A stretch of 64,000 nt of DNA from positions 1 through 64,000 of IMG/VR virus record IMGVR_UViG_3300031251_000001, one strand, 5' to 3'. This document shows positions 9,069 to 17,571 of this stretch, in pieces. The stretch's first letter is position 1; each line of letters starts with the position of its first letter. The position numbers and the translations under genes were made by a program. A model generated the notes under the pieces. That model did no database searches. It was not told where the DNA came from and was given only the letters and a program-made list of their open reading frames with translations.

Positions 9069-9934
9069 TAGTTGCTTCGCTGCCCCCGCATCCGCCTCAA
9101 GGGCTGCTGGAGTACAACGCCTTTCGAGATGGGTTTAATGGGGATACCGGGAGGAGGAACAGGGTTACCCTGCATGCTGGCAGCAACGTCTGTCCGCCAC
9201 TGTGACGCATGCAGCGGATTGGCACGGTTGTTACAAACGGCGCGAAAATGCTCCATAAGCAGATGGACGGCTCGGGCACCGACATCCGCTTCGTGAGCCT
9301 TATCCTCGTTAATCACCAGATCGTACTTGGGTACCAGGTGCTCCATCAGCTTGTGGGCCTTGAACTTGTTGCCGTGGTTCACCAGGCGCGTGCACCAGGT
9401 ACGCATGGTGTCACTCGGCAGGAACTGCACTGCCGACTCGTTGGACTCCCGAGACGCGATCTCCAGGGCCTGCGAGTCGATGAGCTTGTCGGTGAAGCTG
9501 AAGTTGGGAGCGATCTGCAGATGGGCCATAGCCTTGGCGAGGCGGGGCTCATCGAAGCGGTAGGAGTTGTGCCCGGCAATGTAGTAACCACGCTTCATCA
9601 GCGAGGTGAAGATGTCGTGGTAGGCCTGGAACACCTTCTGGGCCGGCATACCGACTTCACACAACTTCTCCCAGGTGATGTCATAGCCGGAGAGATCACG
9701 GCGGACGCGCTCGAGTCCGGTGCGGAGCCGATTGAGGTTGGCTCCTGGTACCTGACGCCAGTCAATGAAGACTGACATCATGTGCTCAATCTTGCCATCG
9801 TTGACCTGGATGTGAGCAATGTTAACGACATAGTCGTCCAGGCTGAAGCCGGACGTTTCGAGATCGATGGCGACGTAGCGGGAGGGGAGCACCCCTCCCT
9901 GCTTACGCAGCCACAGCTCCGGCCAGTTAGCCAT
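9068..9934 (-). CDS. DEDD-family 3'-5' exonuclease (DnaQ-like)
   Basis: ExoI AIDLETSG, ExoII AGHN..RFD, IDS, ExoIII AHEADVG (last Asp apparently shifted or substituted). Confidence 0.8.
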   Translation of the reverse strand: MANWPELWLRKQGGVLPSRYVAIDLETSGFSLDDYVVNIAHIQVNDGKIEHMMSVFIDWRQVPGANLNRLRTGLERVRRDLSGYDITWEKLCEVGMPAQKVFQAYHDIFTSLMKRGYYIAGHNSYRFDEPRLAKAMAHLQIAPNFSFTDKLIDSQALEIASRESNESAVQFLPSDTMRTWCTRLVNHGNKFKAHKLMEHLVPKYDLVINEDKAHEADVGARAVHLLMEHFRAVCNNRANPLHASQWRTDVAASMQGNPVPPPGIPIKPISKGVVLQQPLRRMRGQRSN

Positions 9935-9935
9935 G

Positions 9936-10437
9936 TTAGCCTTTTCGACGGAACATAGAAGTGAAGTCCTGCCAAGCCCAACTCAGGCACTTACGCCAGG
10001 TTGGTCTCTTAACCAAGTTAGCTGCCGTCTTGGCCCCCTGACGGATGTTGGGATATCGCTTGATAGGGTCATCCTGCATGAGCGTCGCCTCCTGAATGCC
10101 CTCATAGAAGGCACCAATCAGTGCCGAGCCGAGATAGGCACACATGGCGACATGCACGTGAGGATCGGCATCGAGCCAGCCAAACTCCTTCATGGCCTCG
10201 TGCATCGGTTTATCGTTGCCACGAGCGGACATGACGAAGTTCGACAGTGACTCCATACCATAGGCGACCTGCTCATCGGTGATCCCTTCCTTGCGAAGGT
10301 AATCCTCAACCGTCTCCCAGGGACGCTTCTCCATGCGGTGCAGCATGGTCTGCACAAACCAGCCGAAGTTGTGGGCAATGTCCCGCTCCTGGGAATAGAG
10401 ACGGTCGTCTTTACCGATGGCCTGCAGAGACATGATC
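9936..10437 (-). CDS. hypothetical protein
   Basis: ORF abutting the exonuclease gene; AAGGAG SD near 10440. Confidence 0.6.
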
Positions 10438-11077
10438 ACTCCTTGATCGCGGGTAAATCGTTGAACGGCACAGCGCTGCAACGAATCTTATCAATAGTGG
10501 CCAGGATCTGGGAGAGGAACTCGTTCTTGTGCACGTAGGTATTGGTCCGGAACCCTTCCGCCGTGTAGAGCTCCGTGTTGGGCTCGTTGCCGGCGTCATA
10601 GCTACCGTCCGCACCGCGATGGATCATGAACGGACCATAGAGGAACTTCCCGTGCTCTACCAGCTGCTTCCTGATGTACTCCTCGGAGGCACAGAAGTAT
10701 TGAGCATAGTAGAACCGCGACGGCACATCACCGATGTGGGTTTGACTGTTCAGCTTCTCCACCTGAAACGTGCACTCAGGTCCGATCTTGAGAAACTGCT
10801 GGTGACCGGCTTGCGAGGAGTCCATGGCCAGGATCACCATGATCGCCACCATGTCGCACTTAGGTGAGTTGAGGAAGGTATTGATCGTTTCCTGAATACC
10901 CTTGGCTCTCCAGACTTCTTCCTTCTGCAGTCGATCCCACTGTGCGACGGTGAAACTTTTGCCTGCGATTTTACGTTTACCGGGATAGGGTCTCGGTGAG
11001 GTATCCACGCACGCCAGCAGCTGGTTACGGGTGATCGACTTGAGGCCGCTTAATGGTGTCACGGGTGGGTACTCCAA
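10436..11077 (-). CDS. hypothetical protein
   Basis: 213-aa ORF in the operon; start uncertain. Confidence 0.6.
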   Translation of the reverse strand: MEYPPVTPLSGLKSITRNQLLACVDTSPRPYPGKRKIAGKSFTVAQWDRLQKEEVWRAKGIQETINTFLNSPKCDMVAIMVILAMDSSQAGHQQFLKIGPECTFQVEKLNSQTHIGDVPSRFYYAQYFCASEEYIRKQLVEHGKFLYGPFMIHRGADGSYDAGNEPNTELYTAEGFRTNTYVHKNEFLSQILATIDKIRCSAVPFNDLPAIKE

Positions 11078-11474
11078 ATGCTACATGTTTGAACTTGGTG
11101 CCGGGGTCACCATCGAAAGAGACACAGCCGCCCGGCCTGAGCTTGAACCGTACCATCTTGCTCAGGAATAGATTGGCGAGTTCACGGGGGTGGATGGCGA
11201 GCGTCTCACGGATGAACTGCTCGAAGACCAGCCGATCGACTTCCGTGCTGTTGAGGCTGCGGATAAACCACTTGAGTTTGGGATAGTCTTCCACGCGGAT
11301 GAAGATCGTCTTACCCCGCAGCGGCACGACACGGGTCAGGAGGATACGATGAGCACCCGTCTTGCTGGGATGGATATGGCCGTCAACGCGGGTGATGCCG
11401 AGATCCTGAAACAGCTTATCGAGCTCGAACCGCACTTCGTCATACAGTTGCTTTCTTTTGGTTGTTTTCGGCAT
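11025..11474 (-). CDS. hypothetical protein
   Basis: Likely start MPKTTKRK after a GGAGGG SD. Confidence 0.6.
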   Translation of the reverse strand: MPKTTKRKQLYDEVRFELDKLFQDLGITRVDGHIHPSKTGAHRILLTRVVPLRGKTIFIRVEDYPKLKWFIRSLNSTEVDRLVFEQFIRETLAIHPRELANLFLSKMVRFKLRPGGCVSFDGDPGTKFKHVAFGVPTRDTIKRPQVDHP

Positions 11475-12303
11475 GAATGCCCTCCAGGCACTCCAGGCAC
11501 ACCTTGTCGCTGAACTCAGGATCAAAGGTGGCAGGTTTGTTGCATTGCTTACAGGTGCGATTCAAGAAGCCAAGTCGATGGGTTGCTGACGGACACTCAG
11601 CGAATCCATGAGGACAGAAGCGGCAAGGGAACTGATCAGCGTAGCCCTTGGGACACTTGGCGGAGACACGGAATCGTTGCTGTAGCAGTTTTCGGTTGTG
11701 GGACAGGAGCGAGCCTGTCACCTTGGTTTCACGGAAGGTGGGAGCCTCAGCAGCTCCGGCTACCAGCTTGAGGCAAAGCCGCAAGCGGACAAAATCCCGA
11801 GGGTGGCGATACACGATAGGGTTGGGGCGATCACCACGACGGCGGGGGAATCCCAGCCGTCGTTGGATGACGCCGCACAGACGCTGCGACCACCAGGTAG
11901 TGACCGTGCTGCCGGCCGCGGTGCCGGTGACGATGATGAACTTAAACAGTCCACCCCGCTCACCGGTACCACGAAACGACTGCCTGGCTGCGGAGATCAC
12001 GGCATAGCACCACTCGTCACGGGCTTGACCTCGCCACGGCGGCACCGACTGTGACCGGAGCAACTCCCGGTTGGCGCAGAGCCTGATACACAAAGGCATG
12101 AGCAATTCAGCGGTGAGTGTCTTCCCCATCAAATACCGCAGAGATGACTCAACGTGGTCATCCTTGACCCCCAGGTAGGAGGCGATGTGCGAATAGAAAT
12201 GGATGAAGACTTCACCGCGAAGCGACACGTTAAGATACCGAGAGACCGACGAGTAGAACTCATCGGCCTCATTGAGTATCTTGTTGACGCTCACTACGGC
12301 CAT
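11440..12303 (-). CDS. hypothetical protein with Cys-rich (zinc-binding) C-terminus
   Basis: 287 aa; CP....CRFC....C...TH and CKQC...CLEC clusters. Confidence 0.7.
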   Translation of the reverse strand: MAVVSVNKILNEADEFYSSVSRYLNVSLRGEVFIHFYSHIASYLGVKDDHVESSLRYLMGKTLTAELLMPLCIRLCANRELLRSQSVPPWRGQARDEWCYAVISAARQSFRGTGERGGLFKFIIVTGTAAGSTVTTWWSQRLCGVIQRRLGFPRRRGDRPNPIVYRHPRDFVRLRLCLKLVAGAAEAPTFRETKVTGSLLSHNRKLLQQRFRVSAKCPKGYADQFPCRFCPHGFAECPSATHRLGFLNRTCKQCNKPATFDPEFSDKVCLECLEGIHAENNQKKATV

Positions 12304-12306
12304 GGA

Positions 12307-13203
12307 TTATCTCCTGACGGCGGTCTTTCCCTTCGCAGCTGCTTTAGGGGCAACCTTGGCAGCCACCTGTTTGGGGGCCACCTTGGCGGGTTCACGAGGC
12401 GTGGACTTGGCGGGTTCCTTGTCGTCTGACTTGTAACCCTTCACGGCCTTGCCCAGCTTGACGCGGATATCGGTGAGCGACGCATAGTAGGCGTTAGCCG
12501 TACTCTGCAGCTCCTCGGCGGCGGTGATGGACTTGTCGAGCTCCTCAATCATGAACGGGTTGAGCTCATCCGGAGGGATATCGAGCAACCCGTTGTTGAT
12601 GGTGTCGTCCGCTGCTTCACCATACTTGTTGAGAGTATTGCAGAGCTTGTGGAACTTGCTCAGGGCCTGCATCGGCTTCTGAGGCACCCCTGGCTTCTTG
12701 CCGCCGCTGCGGTGGTGCTGAACACGCGAGTCGGAGTGTGAGGCTTCGCTGGCCAGCATGCTGTGCGACCAGCGCTGCTTGATGCAGGATGCCAGCATCT
12801 CCATCCGCTGGGTCTCACTGCCGATCTTGGAGAGCGACAGCCAATGGTTGTAGGTCAGCGCCATTGACCGCTTGGCCGCTTCCTCGGTCTTCTTGAGCAC
12901 GAACTCGCGAGTGAACGTATTGGCCAGCGTGCGGGCGTTGTAGAGCGTGGTGGTGGTCTGATCAAAGTAGATAGCCATCTGTTCGATAGGCTTGGCACCA
13001 TAGGACAGATCACCGCTCTCGATGCTCTGAAGCACCTCATTGACGTTGGTACCCAAATCGTAGTAGGTCAGCACACCGTTGTTGTTGAGCTTGACCATCC
13101 GCTCTTTGAGCTTGTCGCAGATGACCTGCAAGGGTTTGGTCATCTCTTTGTGCACACTGGCGGCGGTGCGCGGCACGGGCAGCCGTTCGACTTCCTGGGT
13201 CAT
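12307..13203 (-). CDS. DUF1016/YhcG N-terminal-like helical DNA-binding protein with Lys/Ala-rich tail
   Basis: YYDLG......YGAK.IEQ.A......L...R.LA..F ... LTYNHW..L......R..L...I...WS...L pattern resembles DUF1016_N; no nuclease domain follows. Confidence 0.55.
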   Translation of the reverse strand: MTQEVERLPVPRTAASVHKEMTKPLQVICDKLKERMVKLNNNGVLTYYDLGTNVNEVLQSIESGDLSYGAKPIEQMAIYFDQTTTTLYNARTLANTFTREFVLKKTEEAAKRSMALTYNHWLSLSKIGSETQRMEMLASCIKQRWSHSMLASEASHSDSRVQHHRSGGKKPGVPQKPMQALSKFHKLCNTLNKYGEAADDTINNGLLDIPPDELNPFMIEELDKSITAAEELQSTANAYYASLTDIRVKLGKAVKGYKSDDKEPAKSTPREPAKVAPKQVAAKVAPKAAAKGKTAVRR

Positions 13204-13205
13204 GG

Positions 13206-13811
13206 TTATACTTCCTCCTCATGTTGAGTGAACTGTGGTGTCCAGAACCGCTTGACACGTTCGATCAGTGTCACCAGCGGCTCGATAATGATCGATTCAC
13301 GAAGTGGGGAATCGGGACCAGGCACATACCGCAGTTGTAGCCCAGGAACATCTTCCTCCGTCGCGTAACCTGGATGGAGTGCGAGACCTCCCCGCACATT
13401 GATTCGTTTTACGATTAAGCAGGGCGAGCGGGCGTCATTCTCGTACATCCGTCTCGTCATGTCCATCGCTTTGACGTAAGCCTTCCCTAAAGGCGTGGTC
13501 TCGAATGCACTGAACATCCGAGGCAGGGTAGAGTTTTTATCGTCGTGCAGCTTGATGCCGCCGAGCGTGCTGCAGATCAGCAGAAACGGGAAACCATCAA
13601 CGCAGGCGTTAAAGGAATCCACCGACAGACCTGGCGTACCGTTGGTAGCCAGGTGATGAGCTCGCAGCTGCTTGATGTGGCGATCCACTCGAAACAGCTT
13701 CATCACGAGCGAGACAGTCTCCACCTCCAGGTTGATCTGGCTTTGACTGTCGCGCGACGTTCGATGGTTGACCTGCGAGATGAAGGCATCCCGCACGGGA
13801 TCATTCTTCAT
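13206..13811 (-). CDS. hypothetical protein
   Basis: 201-aa ORF coupled to the recA-like gene. Confidence 0.7.
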   Translation of the reverse strand: MKNDPVRDAFISQVNHRTSRDSQSQINLEVETVSLVMKLFRVDRHIKQLRAHHLATNGTPGLSVDSFNACVDGFPFLLICSTLGGIKLHDDKNSTLPRMFSAFETTPLGKAYVKAMDMTRRMYENDARSPCLIVKRINVRGGLALHPGYATEEDVPGLQLRYVPGPDSPLRESIIIEPLVTLIERVKRFWTPQFTQHEEEV

Positions 13812-15522
13812 CGTCTTCGGCCTCCTCCTTGGTCACCGGCTTACGTTCAGCCTCTTCCTTCTCATCCTTCTCCTTGGACTTCTTCTTGATCTTCTTAGCT
13901 TCCTCCTCCATGGCTTTCTTGGAGTGCTCGGCCACCAAGCGAGAAAGGATGTTGGGGTGCTTCTTCTCGTACTCCCGACGAATGGCGTCACGCTGTTCCA
14001 GGATGTCACCATCGAGGTAGGCGATCTCCTGAATACGCAGTGCCTTACGGATCATGGTCAGCACTTCAGGGTTGCGGTGGATCATGTCACCGAGCACACG
14101 GAACGGTACCGCGTCCTCTTTGGTCATCCCCAGCGTCTTAGAGTAAGCCGCGTTGGCGACATCACCCGTTTTCGTGATGGTCATGTGCCAGCCGGCATCG
14201 GTCAGGTTCTTCTTGTAGATGCCCTCCTGCACCGCCTTGGAAGCGAGCAGGGTCACCGTGGCGGCATTCCAGTCATAAGCCGTACGGAACTGCCAGCCCT
14301 GGGGGCTATCGTCAGGCTCGGTCCAGCGCAGGGAGTCTACCTGGATGACACGATGATCAGTACCGAACGAGTTCTTGTCGTTCTTGATCTTGATCGTGCT
14401 ACCCTCGTAGTTCGCAGCTCTGAACTTCTTCACCCGACGCAAGTCGAGATCGAATGATTCGACGAACTGCACCTGCTGACCGCCGGCCTTGCTCCTGGTC
14501 TCGAAGCCCTGCGAATCCTTGCCGAGCTTGGTCTGCGAGACCAGCACAACGAGGACGGGCCACTGTTCCAGGATGTTAGGCAGCGTCTTGAAGAAGTTGG
14601 TGTTCATCAAGGCTTCGTGGGGGTGGGCGCGATCGCCGTGGCCCCGCTCCCAGGTCTTCTCCTGATTCTCCTGAGACATCTTGCCGGAGATGGTATCCAC
14701 GGCCAGACCGAGCACCCGCGACCTGCCGATCTTCTCGATTTTCGTGACCTCACGAAAATTACCATTCTTCAGCTTGTGCTTGGTGGTGATCGGCACGCCG
14801 TTGAGCATGGTATGGATGGCAGCGTCGGTCTGCTTCTTGCAGATCTGTTGCCAGTGATCGACCGACCTGGCCCGATGGATCATGACCCGCTTGATGGAGT
14901 CACCCAGGAGACCCGGCGGCAGATTAGGCGACAACTTCGACTCGTGATCGATGTAGTTACCAAATCCACCATAGAGATCGATCCAGCGCATCAACTCCAA
15001 GGCCAAAGTCGATTTGGTGGAGCCCCAGACGCCAGCCAGGGTAATGACGGTGCCGATCGGCATGCCGGTGGCGCCGGCGATCCACTCCATCGGCAGACAG
15101 CCAGGGATGGGATCGCTGTCCCAGGCCGAGGATGCCCACATGGGGACGCCGATCCACAGGCCCCGTAGGGAGCCGGTGCCGATGAACTGCTGGGTATCGC
15201 CACTCTTCTTGAAGGAATGGGCGAGCTGTGCCTGGATGACGGCACTCTGTACGGTACGAGCGGCACGAGCCGAGGCGGGCAGGATCAGACCGCCGCCTCT
15301 TCTCTGCACGATGGGAGACCGACTAACCAACTCCTCCAGAGCGGGTGCGTCGGTAACGATGGGACTCTTATTGGCTGCTTTCTTTTTCGTGGTGGTGGGT
15401 TTAGCCTGGGCAGGCCTGGAGGGAGGGTTCTTCGTCGGGGGTGTGTAGTCAACGGCCACATCTGTTTCACGTGAAACACGTCCTGACTCGACCTGGATAG
15501 GTCCATTGCCGAAACGACCCAT
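13801..15522 (-). CDS. recA: RecA/UvsX-like recombinase
   Basis: G.P.G.V..LAG..GSTKSTLA (Walker A variant), YIDHE, AVDTISG (Walker B), SQ, AGG..VQF and K..KN motifs. Confidence 0.8.
   Translation of the reverse strand: MGRFGNGPIQVESGRVSRETDVAVDYTPPTKNPPSRPAQAKPTTTKKKAANKSPIVTDAPALEELVSRSPIVQRRGGGLILPASARAARTVQSAVIQAQLAHSFKKSGDTQQFIGTGSLRGLWIGVPMWASSAWDSDPIPGCLPMEWIAGATGMPIGTVITLAGVWGSTKSTLALELMRWIDLYGGFGNYIDHESKLSPNLPPGLLGDSIKRVMIHRARSVDHWQQICKKQTDAAIHTMLNGVPITTKHKLKNGNFREVTKIEKIGRSRVLGLAVDTISGKMSQENQEKTWERGHGDRAHPHEALMNTNFFKTLPNILEQWPVLVVLVSQTKLGKDSQGFETRSKAGGQQVQFVESFDLDLRRVKKFRAANYEGSTIKIKNDKNSFGTDHRVIQVDSLRWTEPDDSPQGWQFRTAYDWNAATVTLLASKAVQEGIYKKNLTDAGWHMTITKTGDVANAAYSKTLGMTKEDAVPFRVLGDMIHRNPEVLTMIRKALRIQEIAYLDGDILEQRDAIRREYEKKHPNILSRLVAEHSKKAMEEEAKKIKKKSKEKDEKEEAERKPVTKEEAEDDEE
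15463..15478. promoter_or_regulatory. parS: canonical bacterial parS site TGTTTCACGTGAAACA
   Basis: Exact match to the chromosomal parS consensus palindrome; read as VSRET in the recA-like frame. Confidence 0.7.
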
Positions 15523-15538
15523 TGCGACTCCTTCGGTT

Positions 15539-15554
15539 CAAAATACGTATTTTG
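15539..15554. promoter_or_regulatory. 16-bp palindrome CAAAATACGTATTTTG, copy 2
   Basis: Exact; between a terminator and the SD of the recA-like gene (16 nt upstream of ATG). Confidence 0.75.
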
Positions 15555-15555
15555 G

Positions 15556-15581
15556 AAACAACCCCGGCCCGAAGGCCGGGG
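15556..15581 (-). terminator. intrinsic terminator
   Basis: Minus strand CCCCGGCC-TTCG-GGCCGGGG-TTGTTT just after the stop of 15596..17557. Confidence 0.7.
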
Positions 15582-15595
15582 CGTCCGTGGGTTGA

Positions 15596-17557
15596 TTATC
15601 GCCGAGTGGCAGTGCCGCCGCTAGGTGGTTTCTTGACCGGAGCGGCAGCAGGTTTCACAGGGGCCTTGCCGGGAGCAGGCTTACCAGCTACTGGTTTGCC
15701 GGGAGCCGGTTTGACCGGGGCCTTGGCGGGTGCCGCAGCTGGTTTCACCGGAGCTTTGGCAGGAGCAGCTGCTGGCTTGACGGGAGCCTTACCGGGAGCC
15801 GGTTTGACCGGAGCCTTACCCGCGACGGGCTTGGCTGCTGGTCGTGCCGGTGGCGTGGGAGCCTTCCCTGCGGGAGTCTTACGGGCAGCAGCACGGGTAT
15901 CGGCCCCTGCTGCAGCACGCTTGGCCCGTTCGATGTCAGCAGTCGAGACAGCCGGCGTGGAGAAATCATCATCCTCTTCTTCGGGGGTGGTTTCTTCCTC
16001 CTCTTCGGCGTCAGCGTCCGCTTCGACCTCGGCATCAGGATCGTAGTCTTCAGTGACTTCCTCTTCGGTTGTCTCATCCTCTACGGGTGCCTCTTCCTCG
16101 GCTTCAGGATCGGCTTCCTGTTCTTCCTCGGCTTCAGGATCAGCTTCGGGATCTTCTTCGACCTCCCCTGCTTCCTGATCCTCCTCGGGTTGATCCTCGG
16201 TGATTTCCTCTTCCTCGACCTCACCCTGATCAGCAGCGTCGACTTCCTCGAAGGTCTCGTCGTCCTCTTCGGGTTCTTCGTACTTGGCTGCTGCCGGCGT
16301 CTTCGTGCCAGCCTTGGGCTTGGCAGCGGCCGTCTTGGGCTTAACGGGTGCAGGAGTCTCATCCTCGCCGCTGGTCTCATCGTCCCCAGGGACAACCGCG
16401 GAAACGCGAGACTGGAGAATGCCCTGAACCTCGTCAGTCAACAGGTGATCGTGCTCTTCCCAGCACTTGATCACCAAGCCGCCCACGTCCTTGAAGGCAC
16501 GAGCGATGACGGCTGCCTGCTCTTCGTCGTCCATAATGCGCAGCAGGCCAGGGTGGCTCTTGCCGTCAGCCTTATAGCCGTACCAGAAGTAGGCGGTCTG
16601 GAAGATCCGCTGGACGTGCTCAGCACTGAGGGTCGCTGAGAAAGGAGCCGTCTTGGCGGTGGCGGCGTATTCGCGGTACAGGTTGGTGTGCCAGCTGTAC
16701 TCGCCCAGTCCGTTGGTCGGAGCCCCACCATCCCAGGTGCATTCAGCGCCGGGAGTGACCTTGGGACCTGCCTTGAAGAACTCCAGGATGCGACCATTGA
16801 CCAGATTGCCTTCCTTACCGAGGAAGCCGATCGGATCAGTCTGGTACATCTTGTTGATATTCGTCTCGTTCTCTGAACCTTCCTTGCGGATGTCCAGATA
16901 GGCGAGCAGGCTCAGCGCTGTCGTTTTACCGATGCGGCAGATCGGCAGCGCATCTTCCTCACCCAAGCCATAAGGAACAGGATCCTTACGCTTGCCCTTG
17001 GCGGAGGGCAGCAAGTAGTTGTTCTTGCCGTGAGCCAGCACCGCACCCTGCATGAAGGCCATGTAGTCAGGGCCGGAGAGAGGCTTGGAGGCGTTGCCCT
17101 CGCGAGAGAACAACTTGTTCCATGACCCCTTCCAGTCTCGACCATCAGCCCACTTGCCGCTCTTGTTGGCTCGGAAGGCAGCCCAGTAGAGCAAGGTGTA
17201 AGGATTGGTGCGTTTACGCTCTTCCTCCTGCTGCGGTGAGTAGAGGATGAAGCTCACGCGGTCCTTGCCGGCGCCGACAAAACTCGCGGTGGCTACCACA
17301 GCGATCCAGTCCGTCTGCTCACGTTCTCCGGTACCGGCACGAGCACGCAAGAACTTGCTATCCGAGTGCACCGGATCCAGCGCAGGGTAGGGACGCATGA
17401 CCAGCTCATGATCCCTGGAAGGATAGTAGAGCTTAGTCCGCACCATCTGGTTGAGCAGCAGTGCGTCGGAACCGCCTCCCTCGTAATCGGCCGCAGCCCC
17501 GGCGGTACGACCGACATTCCCTGTCACAGCTTCCACATTCTTTCCAAAACGACCCAT
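15596..17557 (-). CDS. putative ssDNA-binding / nucleoid protein with acidic tract and histone H1-like Pro-Ala-Lys repeats
   Basis: Lies between DNA polymerase and recA; globular N-terminus, ~110-aa Glu/Asp tract, KAPVKPAAAPA repeats; AAGGAG SD before MGRFGK. Confidence 0.5.
   Translation of the reverse strand: MGRFGKNVEAVTGNVGRTAGAAADYEGGGSDALLLNQMVRTKLYYPSRDHELVMRPYPALDPVHSDSKFLRARAGTGEREQTDWIAVVATASFVGAGKDRVSFILYSPQQEEERKRTNPYTLLYWAAFRANKSGKWADGRDWKGSWNKLFSREGNASKPLSGPDYMAFMQGAVLAHGKNNYLLPSAKGKRKDPVPYGLGEEDALPICRIGKTTALSLLAYLDIRKEGSENETNINKMYQTDPIGFLGKEGNLVNGRILEFFKAGPKVTPGAECTWDGGAPTNGLGEYSWHTNLYREYAATAKTAPFSATLSAEHVQRIFQTAYFWYGYKADGKSHPGLLRIMDDEEQAAVIARAFKDVGGLVIKCWEEHDHLLTDEVQGILQSRVSAVVPGDDETSGEDETPAPVKPKTAAAKPKAGTKTPAAAKYEEPEEDDETFEEVDAADQGEVEEEEITEDQPEEDQEAGEVEEDPEADPEAEEEQEADPEAEEEAPVEDETTEEEVTEDYDPDAEVEADADAEEEEETTPEEEDDDFSTPAVSTADIERAKRAAAGADTRAAARKTPAGKAPTPPARPAAKPVAGKAPVKPAPGKAPVKPAAAPAKAPVKPAAAPAKAPVKPAPGKPVAGKPAPGKAPVKPAAAPVKKPPSGGTATRR
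15620..15880 (-). repeat. tandem coding repeats (KAPVKPAAAPA / KAPVKPAPG)
   Basis: Imperfect 27-33-bp units encoding about 5 KAPVKP repeats. Confidence 0.75.
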
Positions 17558-17571
17558 AACGTCTCCTTCTG

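Noticed and set aside
15463-15478. parS as evidence that the window is a bacterial chromosome origin region
   Set aside because: No housekeeping context (dnaA, gidAB, parAB). Terminase, portal, baseplate and phage-type replication genes dominate.
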